A DNA stretch of 35,400 bases from a virus (lineage: Duplodnaviria > Caudoviricetes). The stretch is taken from positions 1 through 35,400 of IMG/VR virus record IMGVR_UViG_3300038318_000223; one strand, 5' to 3'. Under the pieces are notes generated by a model. It worked only from the letters and a program-made list of their open reading frames with translations, had not been told where the DNA came from and did no database searches. The translations under genes and the position numbers were made by a program. Positions 1 to 7,892 of the stretch are shown piece by piece (position 1 is the stretch's first letter; every line of letters starts with the position of its first letter).

Positions 1-2
1 AC

Positions 3-371
3 CACAAACTATCCAAACATATTGCTGATGCAAGTTGGGGCAATTTCGTTACATTACTTCAATATAAGTGTGATTGGTACGGAAAGGAACTTGTAAAAGT
101 AAGTCGTTTCTATCCTTCGAGTAAATCGTGTGGAGACTGTGGGTGGATAAATCAAGAATTAAAACTTTCAGATAGAGAGTGGACTTGCAATTCTTGTGGA
201 ACTATACACGACAGAGATTTGAATGCAAGTCAGAACATTCTTAAAGAAGGTTTAAAAATACATCGGCAGGGACTGTCGATTACAAAGGTGGAGAGGGAAT
301 CAGACTTTGGTAACAAAGCACACTCTATGAAGCCTGAAGCCCACCCCATCGCCTTTGGCGTGGGTGGGTAG
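3..371 (+). CDS. tnpB: TnpB (IS200/IS605 RNA-guided nuclease), C-terminal part; 5' end lies before the window
   Basis: Frame starting at nt 3 reads HKLSKHIADASWGNFVTLLQYKCDWYG...YPSSKSCGDCG...REWTCNSCGTIHDRDLNASQNIL...GVGG*, i.e. TnpB zinc finger (CxxC...CxxC) and RuvC-III DRDxNA. Absent from the ORF track because it has no start codon in the window. Confidence 0.93.
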   Translation, partial: HKLSKHIADASWGNFVTLLQYKCDWYGKELVKVSRFYPSSKSCGDCGWINQELKLSDREWTCNSCGTIHDRDLNASQNILKEGLKIHRQGLSITKVERESDFGNKAHSMKPEAHPIAFGVGG

Positions 372-376
372 TTCAC
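337..376 (+). mobile_element. IS200/IS605 right end (subterminal hairpin ending in TTCAC)
   Basis: GAAGCCCACCCCATCGCCTTTGGCGTGGGTGGGTAGTTCAC: GC-rich imperfect hairpin followed by TCAC, typical of IS605-group right ends and the omegaRNA scaffold 3' boundary. Confidence 0.8.
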
Positions 377-381
377 TTGAG

Positions 382-408
382 AAGTGGGGCGTTTGCGCTC
401 CGCTTTTC
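382..408 (+). terminator. Probable intrinsic terminator just outside the IS right end
   Basis: AAGTGGGGCG-TTTG-CGCTCCGCTT stem (two G-U pairs) followed by T-rich sequence. Confidence 0.6.
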
Positions 409-530
409 GTTTAACTTTTCCCAAAAAGTCAAAAAATCCTTCCAAAAAAACAGCTATTTTTAGGCTATATTTTTAAGTATTTCGTAATGCTTTAATAATC
501 AAAGAGAATAATTTTAAAAATCTTCAATAA

Positions 531-565
531 ATGCTTGCATCGTATAATATTTTGTTATACATTTG
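531..565 (+). promoter_or_regulatory. Bacteroidota sigmaA-type early promoter
   Basis: TACATTTG (558-565) matches TAnnTTTG; TTG at 535-537; the region is paralogous to 3014-3116. Confidence 0.65.
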
Positions 566-610
566 TAGTAAATAAATAACACATAAAAATAACATTAAAA
601 AATAAAAATC

Positions 611-826
611 ATGGAAGCAGGATTAAAAGTAACACCAAGAACACCGGAAGATTCAAGAGAAATCCATCAAGCAATTGCTAATTCAGATTTTTATACTGAG
701 TACAATTCAACGTACGGATATTACTTCTTTCCGGAAGAAGAAGCAAATTATGATGAATTAGAAGCTCAAATCCATAACCTATTTAGCGGATTGAATGTAA
801 ATTATAGAATTGAAGGAATATTTTAA
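611..826 (+). CDS. Hypothetical early phage protein
   Basis: ORF with A-rich leader directly downstream of the promoter; no recognised motif. Confidence 0.7.
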   Translation: MEAGLKVTPRTPEDSREIHQAIANSDFYTEYNSTYGYYFFPEEEANYDELEAQIHNLFSGLNVNYRIEGIF

Positions 827-845
827 CATTTAAAAAATAAAAGAT

Positions 846-1376
846 ATGTTACAAAAATATTTGAACAAAGACGGATCTCTAAATCTAATCGCTCAAAAAA
901 AATTAATAGACTGCGAAAGTGGCTTTCAAAAATTATCAAATTATTATAATAGTCGCTCAACTAAATGCGCAAACGTGCTATTTAGCGATTTGTTCGTTCG
1001 TATTTACGACAAAGAAATTATTGTCTCTAAAAAATTTGATTGTAGAGTGAAATGTATAATTTCTCCTAATTTTGAAAATCCTTATGTTGTTGAGTTTTTC
1101 AAACAACTCAACATTGAAAGAAAAAAGGAACAAGAATTCAAAAAAGAAGAGGAACGTATTTATAATTTGCAAGTTGAATCTTGCAAGGCACAAATAGAAG
1201 CGAGCGAAATTTTGCAAAACTTCATAAAAAACAAACGTGAAAAAGGCGAAAAAGATAGGACGATCGCTTGGAAACTTTCAAGCTCAACAAGAAAGCCTAA
1301 TCTTTCTAATTTTTCGGTTAAAGTAATTTATAATACAATATATTCATACTGTATCAAGAAATCATTTAATAATTAA
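846..1376 (+). CDS. Hypothetical protein with coiled-coil segment
   Basis: 176-aa ORF, co-oriented with neighbours, A-rich leader. Confidence 0.7.
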   Translation: MLQKYLNKDGSLNLIAQKKLIDCESGFQKLSNYYNSRSTKCANVLFSDLFVRIYDKEIIVSKKFDCRVKCIISPNFENPYVVEFFKQLNIERKKEQEFKKEEERIYNLQVESCKAQIEASEILQNFIKNKREKGEKDRTIAWKLSSSTRKPNLSNFSVKVIYNTIYSYCIKKSFNN

Positions 1377-1394
1377 CATTTAAAATTTAAAAAG

Positions 1395-1565
1395 ATGAAA
1401 GCTAAAATTTATTCAGCAAGCGTAAAAGGAACATTTACACAAATTAAAGCGTACAAGAAAATCAATGCTATTGCAAGATTTAAACAATTAGACGAAACTG
1501 TTAAAGCGTGTAATGTTGTAATTTTAAAAAATGCAAAAAATTCGCATCAAGTCCCTGTTGAATAA
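1395..1565 (+). CDS. Small basic hypothetical protein (56 aa)
   Basis: Manual translation MKAKIYSASVKGTFTQIKAYKK...HQVPVE*; fills the gap, A-rich leader; below the ORF-track cutoff. Confidence 0.6.
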   Translation: MKAKIYSASVKGTFTQIKAYKKINAIARFKQLDETVKACNVVILKNAKNSHQVPVE

Positions 1566-1608
1566 TTATATCCTGAAATTTGTAAATAACAATTAAAGAA
1601 TAAAAGTA

Positions 1609-2253
1609 ATGAATCAATACAGTAAGTACACGGCAAACGTTTTTCTTGCAAAATGCGAAGAAAAACACGAAAAGGGTGAAGTAATCACCTTGCAAACAAA
1701 ATATGGTAATGAACACGAATGTATAGTATTTAATCTTATCTTTGAGAAAGAAGGTTATTACTATTATTCAATCGTCAGAGAGGACGGCTTTAACGTTCAA
1801 GAATGGGCAAGACGAAAAGCAGAAAGATTGCAAGGATATGCAAGTAATGCCAAACAAAAGTCAGATAGCCACTATCAAGATTCCCATAATTTAGTTAAGG
1901 ATATTCCACTTGGCCAACCTATTTTGGTCGGACATCACAGCGAAAAAGCTCACCGTAATGTTTTAGAAAAATCATGGAACGCTATGGGAAAGTGTGTAGA
2001 AGAATCAAAGAAAGAAGAAAGCTACAAGGAACGAGCAGCCTACTGGGAAAAGAAGGCAGATACGATTAATCTTTCAATGCCGGAAAGCATAGAATATTTT
2101 GAATTTGAACTTGAAAAGGCAAAAGTCGAACATGAAGGAATAAAAAACGGTAGCATCCAACGACTTCACAACTATTCATTAACTTATGCAAAAAAACGAG
2201 TTAATGAAATGGAAGATAAGTATAAATTAGCACAAAAACTTTGGGGGGAATAA
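1609..2253 (+). CDS. DUF3560-family protein
   Basis: Signature IPLGQPILVGHHSE..HR within a helical domain, typical of DUF3560 proteins of phages and conjugative elements. Confidence 0.85.
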   Translation: MNQYSKYTANVFLAKCEEKHEKGEVITLQTKYGNEHECIVFNLIFEKEGYYYYSIVREDGFNVQEWARRKAERLQGYASNAKQKSDSHYQDSHNLVKDIPLGQPILVGHHSEKAHRNVLEKSWNAMGKCVEESKKEESYKERAAYWEKKADTINLSMPESIEYFEFELEKAKVEHEGIKNGSIQRLHNYSLTYAKKRVNEMEDKYKLAQKLWGE

Positions 2254-2257
2254 AATA

Positions 2258-2312
2258 TCCCGATGAAATATACATTAAATATGTCGAAATTTAATTTTAA
2301 TTAATCGGGGGA
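2258..2312 (+). ncRNA. Hammerhead-like three-way-junction RNA element
   Basis: TCCCGAT/ATCGGGG closing stem enclosing CCGATGA-[ATATA/TATGT]-CGAAA-[TTAATT/AATTAA]; the core deviates from CUGANGA. Confidence 0.35.
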
Positions 2313-2334
2313 CAGCGTGCTGAACATAAATATT

Positions 2335-2466
2335 ATGAATAACAAAATTGATAAGAAATATTTTGCCAGAAAAAGACAAATTAAAAAAATTAAAGAAGCA
2401 ATAAAAATAATCTCTTTGATGATTGCTTCGGCAGGGATAACGTATTTAATTTTGAAATGTTGCTAA
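2335..2466 (+). CDS. Small protein with C-terminal hydrophobic helix (43 aa)
   Basis: Manual translation MNNKIDKKYFARKRQIKKIKEAIKIISLMIASAGITYLILKCC*. Confidence 0.5.
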   Translation: MNNKIDKKYFARKRQIKKIKEAIKIISLMIASAGITYLILKCC

Positions 2467-2468
2467 AT

Positions 2469-2759
2469 ATGAAACTAAAAGAGTATTTAACAGAGTCGGC
2501 TTTGCAGGAAGAAAAAACATTGCCGGAAGCTAAAAACAAGGTAATATTTAACAAGATATTTCTTGCTTACGTTCACGAAGATGAATCGATTATATTGCCG
2601 TCGAGGATAAATAAAGGAACGAAATTATATCATTGTCCGCACTCCGATACTTGCGTAAATGGAAGCAAAATAAGAGGTATATGCAAGATAGGATTATGTT
2701 TCGGGAAGAAATGTAAAGCCTATGATGAAAGAACGAGCTACTCTGAAACACTTTATTAA
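2469..2759 (+). CDS. Hypothetical protein with Cys-rich C-terminus
   Basis: ORF 2457..2759; the ATG at 2469 follows the upstream stop; four to five Cys suggest metal binding. Confidence 0.6.
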   Translation: MKLKEYLTESALQEEKTLPEAKNKVIFNKIFLAYVHEDESIILPSRINKGTKLYHCPHSDTCVNGSKIRGICKIGLCFGKKCKAYDERTSYSETLY

Positions 2760-2775
2760 CATAAAAATAAAATAC

Positions 2776-3000
2776 ATGAAAGAAATATTGTTAAAAATTA
2801 TGGAAAGTCCTTTATGGTATAAAGGCATTAAAACTAAAAAAGGTAAACAAATCAATAGACAGCATGCGCATACAATTAAAATGAAAGTGCAAAAAGACAT
2901 GTTCAGCGAAGGAACGTTATTAAAATATTTGCGCATCTTAGGCGAAGATGTACAAATAAACATCGGAAATTATGCCAAAAAAACGGGTAAAAATCAATGA
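2776..3000 (+). CDS. Small basic hypothetical protein, possibly DNA-binding
   Basis: ORF 2722..3000; the ATG at 2776 has an A-rich leader and avoids overlap. Confidence 0.55.
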   Translation: MKEILLKIMESPLWYKGIKTKKGKQINRQHAHTIKMKVQKDMFSEGTLLKYLRILGEDVQINIGNYAKKTGKNQ

Positions 3001-3013
3001 AAAATTTAATAGT

Positions 3014-3110
3014 TTTGTAATATACTAAAAATCAATGAGAATAATTTAAAATAATTTATAAAAACACTTGTATAGTATAATAATATATTATACTTTTACA
3101 TAAAGAAATT
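3014..3110 (+). promoter_or_regulatory. Second copy of the early promoter region
   Basis: Aligns with about 481-584 (GTAAT..AATCAA.GAGAATAATTT..CTTG.AT.GTATAATA..TTATAC.TTT); -7 box variant TACTTTTA. Confidence 0.55.
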
Positions 3111-3115
3111 AACAC

Positions 3116-3526
3116 ATGGAAACGTTAAATAAAATATTAATAGGAGGTCAAGCACTAAGAAATTTAGGGAGCGACCGTTTTACAAATGATTTAGATTATT
3201 TGGTAAATGATACTTCGACAAAAGAAGCATTTATATGTTCTGAAAGTGTTGATTATTTAAACGCAAACGGGAATAGATTGTTTGCGGAAATTTTTGAAAT
3301 TGAAAATGGCAACGAAATTGCAACTCCTCAATCTCTTTTAGAATTAAAATGTTATGCTTTTGTTCAACATTGTCAAAATTTCAATTTTGCAAAAGCAGAT
3401 TCATGCGAATATGATATAAAATTTTTGGTTAGGAAATTTAATTGCGTACCAAAAATTGTTAAAAAATATATCAGTTTAGGAGAATTTCAAGAAATCGAAA
3501 AAATAATTAAAAATATAAAATACTAA
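3116..3526 (+). CDS. Minimal nucleotidyltransferase (Pol-beta superfamily, AbiEii/MenT/DUF6036-like)
   Basis: LIGGQAL...RFTNDLD (GG plus DxD), later LLELK and K..S.EYD motifs matching the AbiEii-like NTase layout. Confidence 0.75.
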   Translation: METLNKILIGGQALRNLGSDRFTNDLDYLVNDTSTKEAFICSESVDYLNANGNRLFAEIFEIENGNEIATPQSLLELKCYAFVQHCQNFNFAKADSCEYDIKFLVRKFNCVPKIVKKYISLGEFQEIEKIIKNIKY

Positions 3527-3549
3527 AAAATGAGAATGCAAAAGTAAAC

Positions 3550-3560
3550 GTTCTTTGAAA
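3550..3560 (+). promoter_or_regulatory. boxA-like antitermination motif before the tRNA-like RNA
   Basis: GTTCTTTGAAA immediately upstream of the tRNA-like element, resembling boxA of stable-RNA operons. Confidence 0.45.
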
Positions 3561-3563
3561 AAT

Positions 3564-3684
3564 GATGCTGTGGCGGAGTGGTAGACGCTATCGGTACGGA
3601 GGGTTATTTAAATAAGTAAACCTCCTTGATATCGTAGGTTCTTAAAAAGGTAAATCCACGCAGGTTCGATTCCTGTCAGCATCA
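3564..3684 (+). tRNA. Atypical tRNA-like RNA (121 nt) with elongated anticodon and variable arms; no encoded CCA
   Basis: Acceptor GATGCTG/CAGCATC, discriminator A, class II-like D arm GCG-GAGTGGTAGA-CGC, T arm GCAGG-TTCGATT-CCTGT; about 35 extra nt in the central arms. Confidence 0.8.
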
Positions 3685-3725
3685 CAAATAACTAATAAAT
3701 AAAATATTAATTAAATAACTTAAAA

Positions 3726-4490
3726 ATGGAAACAAAGAGAATATCGGAAAAAGAAATCGAAGGCATGCCTGTCTTAGCAACAGGCTATAAGATGTTCAAA
3801 AATGATTGGACGACAAAACACGGGAAATATGACTATAAAGATGAGAAAGGTAATGTATTAGGTTCTATTCACAAAGTTGAAGGAGATTTGGAAGAATGTG
3901 CTTGTGGCTTACATTTTAGTAAATTACCTCATGATTGTTTTAATTTTTACGAATCGGTTCAGTGGAACAAATTCGCTAAAGTAGAAGCATATAAGGAATG
4001 TATTGATTCCGAAGACGGCGAAAAATCAGTCGCCTCGATAATTAAAATTGTGGAGATATACTCTTTTGATGAGTTTATTAATCTAATTCAAGAAGAGTTG
4101 CAAAATTCATACGGCGTTAATGATTCATACGGCGTTTATTATTCAAAAGGCGTTAATGATTCATTTTTTTGTAAAAATATAACAGGGGTATCAAAATGTA
4201 TTTTATGTAGTAATTTAGAAGGAGCAAAATTAAAATTATTTAATAAAAAGACTACAGAAAGCCGATTTAACGAAGTTAAAAATAAGTTAATTGGCTTCGG
4301 CTGGTATCCTAAATTCAACAATGCTGAAGAATTGAGAGGGAATCTCGAATGGTACGAGGCTAACATTCCTGCCATTGTAAAAGTAGAAAACAAAACAGCA
4401 TATAGCTTTATGCCGAAAGATATGGTAGATTATATTAAAAATCTGCCCGAATTTAACGAAAAAATATTTGACGAAATATTTAATAAATAA
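3726..4490 (+). CDS. Phage protein with CxxGLHF N-terminal domain and short hexapeptide repeats
   Basis: GYKMF...CACGLHFS...CFNFY N-domain common in repeat-containing phage proteins; SxGVNx repeats. Confidence 0.7.
   Translation: METKRISEKEIEGMPVLATGYKMFKNDWTTKHGKYDYKDEKGNVLGSIHKVEGDLEECACGLHFSKLPHDCFNFYESVQWNKFAKVEAYKECIDSEDGEKSVASIIKIVEIYSFDEFINLIQEELQNSYGVNDSYGVYYSKGVNDSFFCKNITGVSKCILCSNLEGAKLKLFNKKTTESRFNEVKNKLIGFGWYPKFNNAEELRGNLEWYEANIPAIVKVENKTAYSFMPKDMVDYIKNLPEFNEKIFDEIFNK
4105..4163 (+). repeat. 18-bp in-frame tandem repeat (3.3 copies)
   Basis: ATTCATACGGCGTTAATG / ATTCATACGGCGTTTATT / ATTCAAAAGGCGTTAATG / ATTCA. Confidence 0.9.
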
Positions 4491-4491
4491 T

Positions 4492-4875
4492 ATGGAAGCC
4501 TTTAAAAAAATAATCGAAAATTGGAACGATGATTTAATCCCTTGTTACGAAGAGATTGCAGAAAATATTTATAGCGACTTTGGAAAAAGCATTTTAAGTT
4601 ATGATTTTAATTTACCTTTTGGACAAATTAAAAGGATAACCTATCAAATTATAGGAAATGAAGTTGGCACTGTTACAATTAAGTATATAGATAGGTTCAA
4701 AGGGGAAGATGGTTGTAAAACAGTTGATGATGAGGACATATGCCTATTTTATATTGACAAAGCAAATGAATATATTCATGAATATCTTAATAAAATGACG
4801 CCAATTTGGGATAAAGAAAAGGAGGAGTGGAATAAACAGCTCGAAAGAATGCGTACAAATCCAATTTACAGATAA
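4492..4875 (+). CDS. Hypothetical protein
   Basis: ORF 4468..4875; the ATG at 4492 directly follows the upstream stop. Confidence 0.65.
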   Translation: MEAFKKIIENWNDDLIPCYEEIAENIYSDFGKSILSYDFNLPFGQIKRITYQIIGNEVGTVTIKYIDRFKGEDGCKTVDDEDICLFYIDKANEYIHEYLNKMTPIWDKEKEEWNKQLERMRTNPIYR

Positions 4876-4905
4876 CTAATTAATAAATAAAAAAATAACA
4901 TTAAG

Positions 4906-5841
4906 ATGAGTAATTTAATTAAAAAACCTCAAGAGCTAAATTTACAAGCCAAGTTAAAAATATTGTTATACGGGCAGGCAGGGGTCGGTAAATCGACACT
5001 TTCATTATCAGCACCGAACCCGTTATTAATCGACTGCGACGGAGGGATACACCGTGTAAACTTCGGACACGTCAAAGACACCGTTCAAGTCGAATCATAC
5101 GACGATGTTTTAAACTTGCTAAAAGAAGACTTGCGCCCTTATGAATCAATTATAATTGACACAGGCGGAAAGCTATTAGACTTTATGGGCGAATACATTA
5201 TCAGCCGAAACTCAAAAATGGGAAAATTAAACGGAATGCTAACCTTACAAGGCTATGGAGAACGCAAAGCCGAGTTTTCAAATTTCTGTAAGAAAATAAG
5301 TTTGCTCAATAAGCATTTGATTTTTGTCGCACATAGGCAAACACAGCAAGAGGGAGACGAATACCGTTATGTTCCGTTATTTGGCGGTTCAAATTACGAT
5401 GCTTTGGTAACAGAATTAGACCTTGTTGGATACATGGAAGCACAAGGAAAGAAACGAACAATAACTTTCGACCCTACGAGCCGTAACGACGGTAAAAACA
5501 CATGCAATTTGCCTTCTATTGTCGAAGTGCCTAATACGGTAGATGACAAAGGAAATGCACTTGACAATACATTTATAACCGAAAAAGTTATAAAAGTGTA
5601 TAACGAACGCTTGCAAAAAAACAAAGAGATGAAAAAAGAGTATGATGATTTGATTGAGTTTATAAGTAACGAATTATCAGCAATTGAGACCCCTGAAAAC
5701 TTGACCGAATTTATGACTAAAATACCCTCTTTAAAGCATGTTGGAAGCAGTTTATTAAAAGCTAAGAAACTGTTAAACAAAAGGGCTGTTGAATTGAACG
5801 TAAAGTTTAACAAAGAAACATCAAGTTATGAAACGATATAA
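4906..5841 (+). CDS. Sak4-like AAA ATPase (phage ssDNA-annealing recombinase)
   Basis: Walker A YGQAGVGKST, LLIDCDGG, Walker B IIIDT, LIFVAH, DLVGY; next to an exonuclease. Confidence 0.85.
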   Translation: MSNLIKKPQELNLQAKLKILLYGQAGVGKSTLSLSAPNPLLIDCDGGIHRVNFGHVKDTVQVESYDDVLNLLKEDLRPYESIIIDTGGKLLDFMGEYIISRNSKMGKLNGMLTLQGYGERKAEFSNFCKKISLLNKHLIFVAHRQTQQEGDEYRYVPLFGGSNYDALVTELDLVGYMEAQGKKRTITFDPTSRNDGKNTCNLPSIVEVPNTVDDKGNALDNTFITEKVIKVYNERLQKNKEMKKEYDDLIEFISNELSAIETPENLTEFMTKIPSLKHVGSSLLKAKKLLNKRAVELNVKFNKETSSYETI

Positions 5842-6553
5842 TTTCTATGCTACTTTATTAGATGCCTTTCAGCGTTACCTTGACGCTGAAAGTATCTATG
5901 AAAAGTATTTCAACGAAAAAATGAGCTTTGCGGAATACGAAGCGCAAGCAAAACAGGAACTTATTGATAAAATTAACCGTGTGCCATTTGACAGCGACGC
6001 AGCGGACAAAGGAACAGCATTTAATGAGTTGGTTGATGTATTAGCCCACAAGATTACATCCGATAAAATTACATTTACGGAAGAAAAAGAAATCTATACG
6101 GTAAAGTACAAAGACAGGGAATTTACATTTGACAAAGCTATATGCGAAGCTATATCCGAAAAGATTAAAGGAGCAATCCCACAATATTTTTGCAGTGCCG
6201 ATTTAAAGGTAAATGATAACATTGTAAATTTATATGGTTATATTGACGAGGTAAAAGAATTTACGATAATTGACATAAAGACTACTGCAAAATATCAAGC
6301 GTTCAAATACCTTAAGAATTGGCAGCATGTGGTTTATCCATTTTGTCTAAGCAAAAGTGGAATAAATATTGAAACATTCGTTTATTTAGTGGTCGAAATG
6401 AGTGGAAAAAACGTAAATATACACGAGGAACTATACAATTACAATTTCAGCAATGATATATCACGGTTATATGCCATGTGTGAAAATTTAATCTTGTTTT
6501 TAGAGACTAATCGCAGCTTAATAACCGATAAAAAGATTTTCAATGAAAAATGA
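5828..6553 (+). CDS. PD-(D/E)XK exonuclease (Cas4/RecE-like partner of Sak4)
   Basis: KGTAFNE...LYGYID...IIDIKTT...WQHVVY motifs. Confidence 0.8.
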   Translation: MKRYNFYATLLDAFQRYLDAESIYEKYFNEKMSFAEYEAQAKQELIDKINRVPFDSDAADKGTAFNELVDVLAHKITSDKITFTEEKEIYTVKYKDREFTFDKAICEAISEKIKGAIPQYFCSADLKVNDNIVNLYGYIDEVKEFTIIDIKTTAKYQAFKYLKNWQHVVYPFCLSKSGINIETFVYLVVEMSGKNVNIHEELYNYNFSNDISRLYAMCENLILFLETNRSLITDKKIFNEK

Positions 6554-6881
6554 AGAACATAATTTGCAAGTAGCTTGTGTGAGGTGGTTCGATATGCAAT
6601 ACCCCTCTTACAAAAACATGTTATTTGCAGTACCGAACGGCGGCCAAAGAAATGTTGTTGTAGCATCAAAACTGAAAGCCGAGGGAGTGCGGGCAGGTGT
6701 TGCCGATTTGATTCTAATGTGTGGCTTAGGTCAAGTTTTATTCATAGAAATGAAAACAAAGAAGGGCACACAAAATGAATCACAAAAAGCCTTTGAAAAA
6801 ATATGTCTTGAAAACGGATATATTTATAAAATCGCCCGCAGTTTTGAAGACTTTAAAAAACTAATTGAAATGTATTTCTAA
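6543..6881 (+). CDS. VRR-NUC domain nuclease (Holliday-junction resolvase-like)
   Basis: EHNLQ...FAVPNGG.R...EGVRAGVADL...FIEMK...Q..Q. Confidence 0.9.
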   Translation: MKNEEHNLQVACVRWFDMQYPSYKNMLFAVPNGGQRNVVVASKLKAEGVRAGVADLILMCGLGQVLFIEMKTKKGTQNESQKAFEKICLENGYIYKIARSFEDFKKLIEMYF

Positions 6882-7318
6882 TGAAAATAACAGCAAAAGG
6901 ACATATTAAAAACGGAAGGCTCGTAATTAACAAAAGCGAGCTTCCCGTCTTTTTGCATAAAATTTCAACACAGAAAAACAAGCCTGTTAATATAACGGTA
7001 GAAGCAGGCAGCAAAAGAAGCGACCAACAAAATAAATATTATTGGGGTGTGGTTGTCGAGCTGATCCGTTTAGCAATAAATAAAATTAACGGCGAAAACT
7101 TCACAGCAGAAAACATACATGATTTCTTAAAAGAGCGATTTTTGGAAGGTTTAGAAATTCATGCAGCGACCGGAGAATTATTAAACATCCGAAAATCTAC
7201 AACCGACAATACAACCACAAAACAAGAGGAATATCACGAACAATGCCGACAATTTGCAGCCGAATATTTGAATATTGAAATACCATTACCGAACGAAAAA
7301 TTAACGTTAAATTTATGA
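6881..7318 (+). CDS. NinB/Orf-like recombination protein
   Basis: KRSDQQNKYYWG, H..LK..FL and ST..T...Y.E.C motifs; located in the recombination module. Confidence 0.7.
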   Translation: MKITAKGHIKNGRLVINKSELPVFLHKISTQKNKPVNITVEAGSKRSDQQNKYYWGVVVELIRLAINKINGENFTAENIHDFLKERFLEGLEIHAATGELLNIRKSTTDNTTTKQEEYHEQCRQFAAEYLNIEIPLPNEKLTLNL

Positions 7319-7322
7319 ACTT

Positions 7323-7679
7323 ATGACAACATATATCATAAAAGAAAAATTATTAAAAGATAGGCATATAGATGTAATCAGGGCTATGGCTCACTTCTTA
7401 GCAAGTTCACATAAAAACACCTATATTGTCTACAGATGCACCCCTATAATCGAAGTTAAAAAGGATAATGAAACTCAGTATAGTTCATTAAACTATGAAG
7501 ACTTGTATGCTAAGTTGACCATCGAACTTAATAAGTCAGAAAAACAAGTAGAGTATCTTAAAAGTGAACTGAAAAAGAAAAAAGAGGAATTGACAACAGC
7601 AAATGAAATTATAACGAAACGTACATTAAAGGATTATATTTTATTAACGATTAAAAATTTACTAACATGGAAACACTAA
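7323..7679 (+). CDS. Hypothetical coiled-coil protein
   Basis: ORF with heptad-rich C-terminal half. Confidence 0.6.
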   Translation: MTTYIIKEKLLKDRHIDVIRAMAHFLASSHKNTYIVYRCTPIIEVKKDNETQYSSLNYEDLYAKLTIELNKSEKQVEYLKSELKKKKEELTTANEIITKRTLKDYILLTIKNLLTWKH

Positions 7680-7804
7680 AAATCGTATTATCAGCAGTTT
7701 GGATTGTGTTTTTTGCAATCGTTATAATCGTAACAGTTTGCAGCATAATCGGATGCAAAGTTGGAAAAGAACAGGATAAAATAATTAAAAAAAGTTTAAA
7801 ATAG
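7667..7804 (+). CDS. Small single-TM membrane protein (45 aa)
   Basis: Manual translation METLKIVLSAVWIVFFAIVIIVTVCSIIGCKVGKEQDKIIKKSLK*. Confidence 0.6.
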   Translation: METLKIVLSAVWIVFFAIVIIVTVCSIIGCKVGKEQDKIIKKSLK

Positions 7805-7892
7805 TATAAACCTAATTAAATAAATAATCAAAAACTTAAATAATTATCGGCTGCCTTTTATCAATCGAATCATTAACTTAAAATTAAATAAA

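Noticed and set aside
230-445. Minus-strand 71-aa ORF
   Set aside because: Antisense shadow of tnpB, the IS end and the terminator.
3564-3684. tmRNA or group I intron-containing tRNA
   Set aside because: Only 121 nt, has a full D stem, no tag ORF, and the insert is far too short for a self-splicing intron.
4105-4163. CRISPR array
   Set aside because: Tandem in-frame repeats without spacers; no regularly spaced repeat array was seen anywhere in the window.
5828-6553. Cas4 of a CRISPR system
   Set aside because: No Fe-S Cys cluster, no cas neighbours; the context is a Sak4 recombination module.
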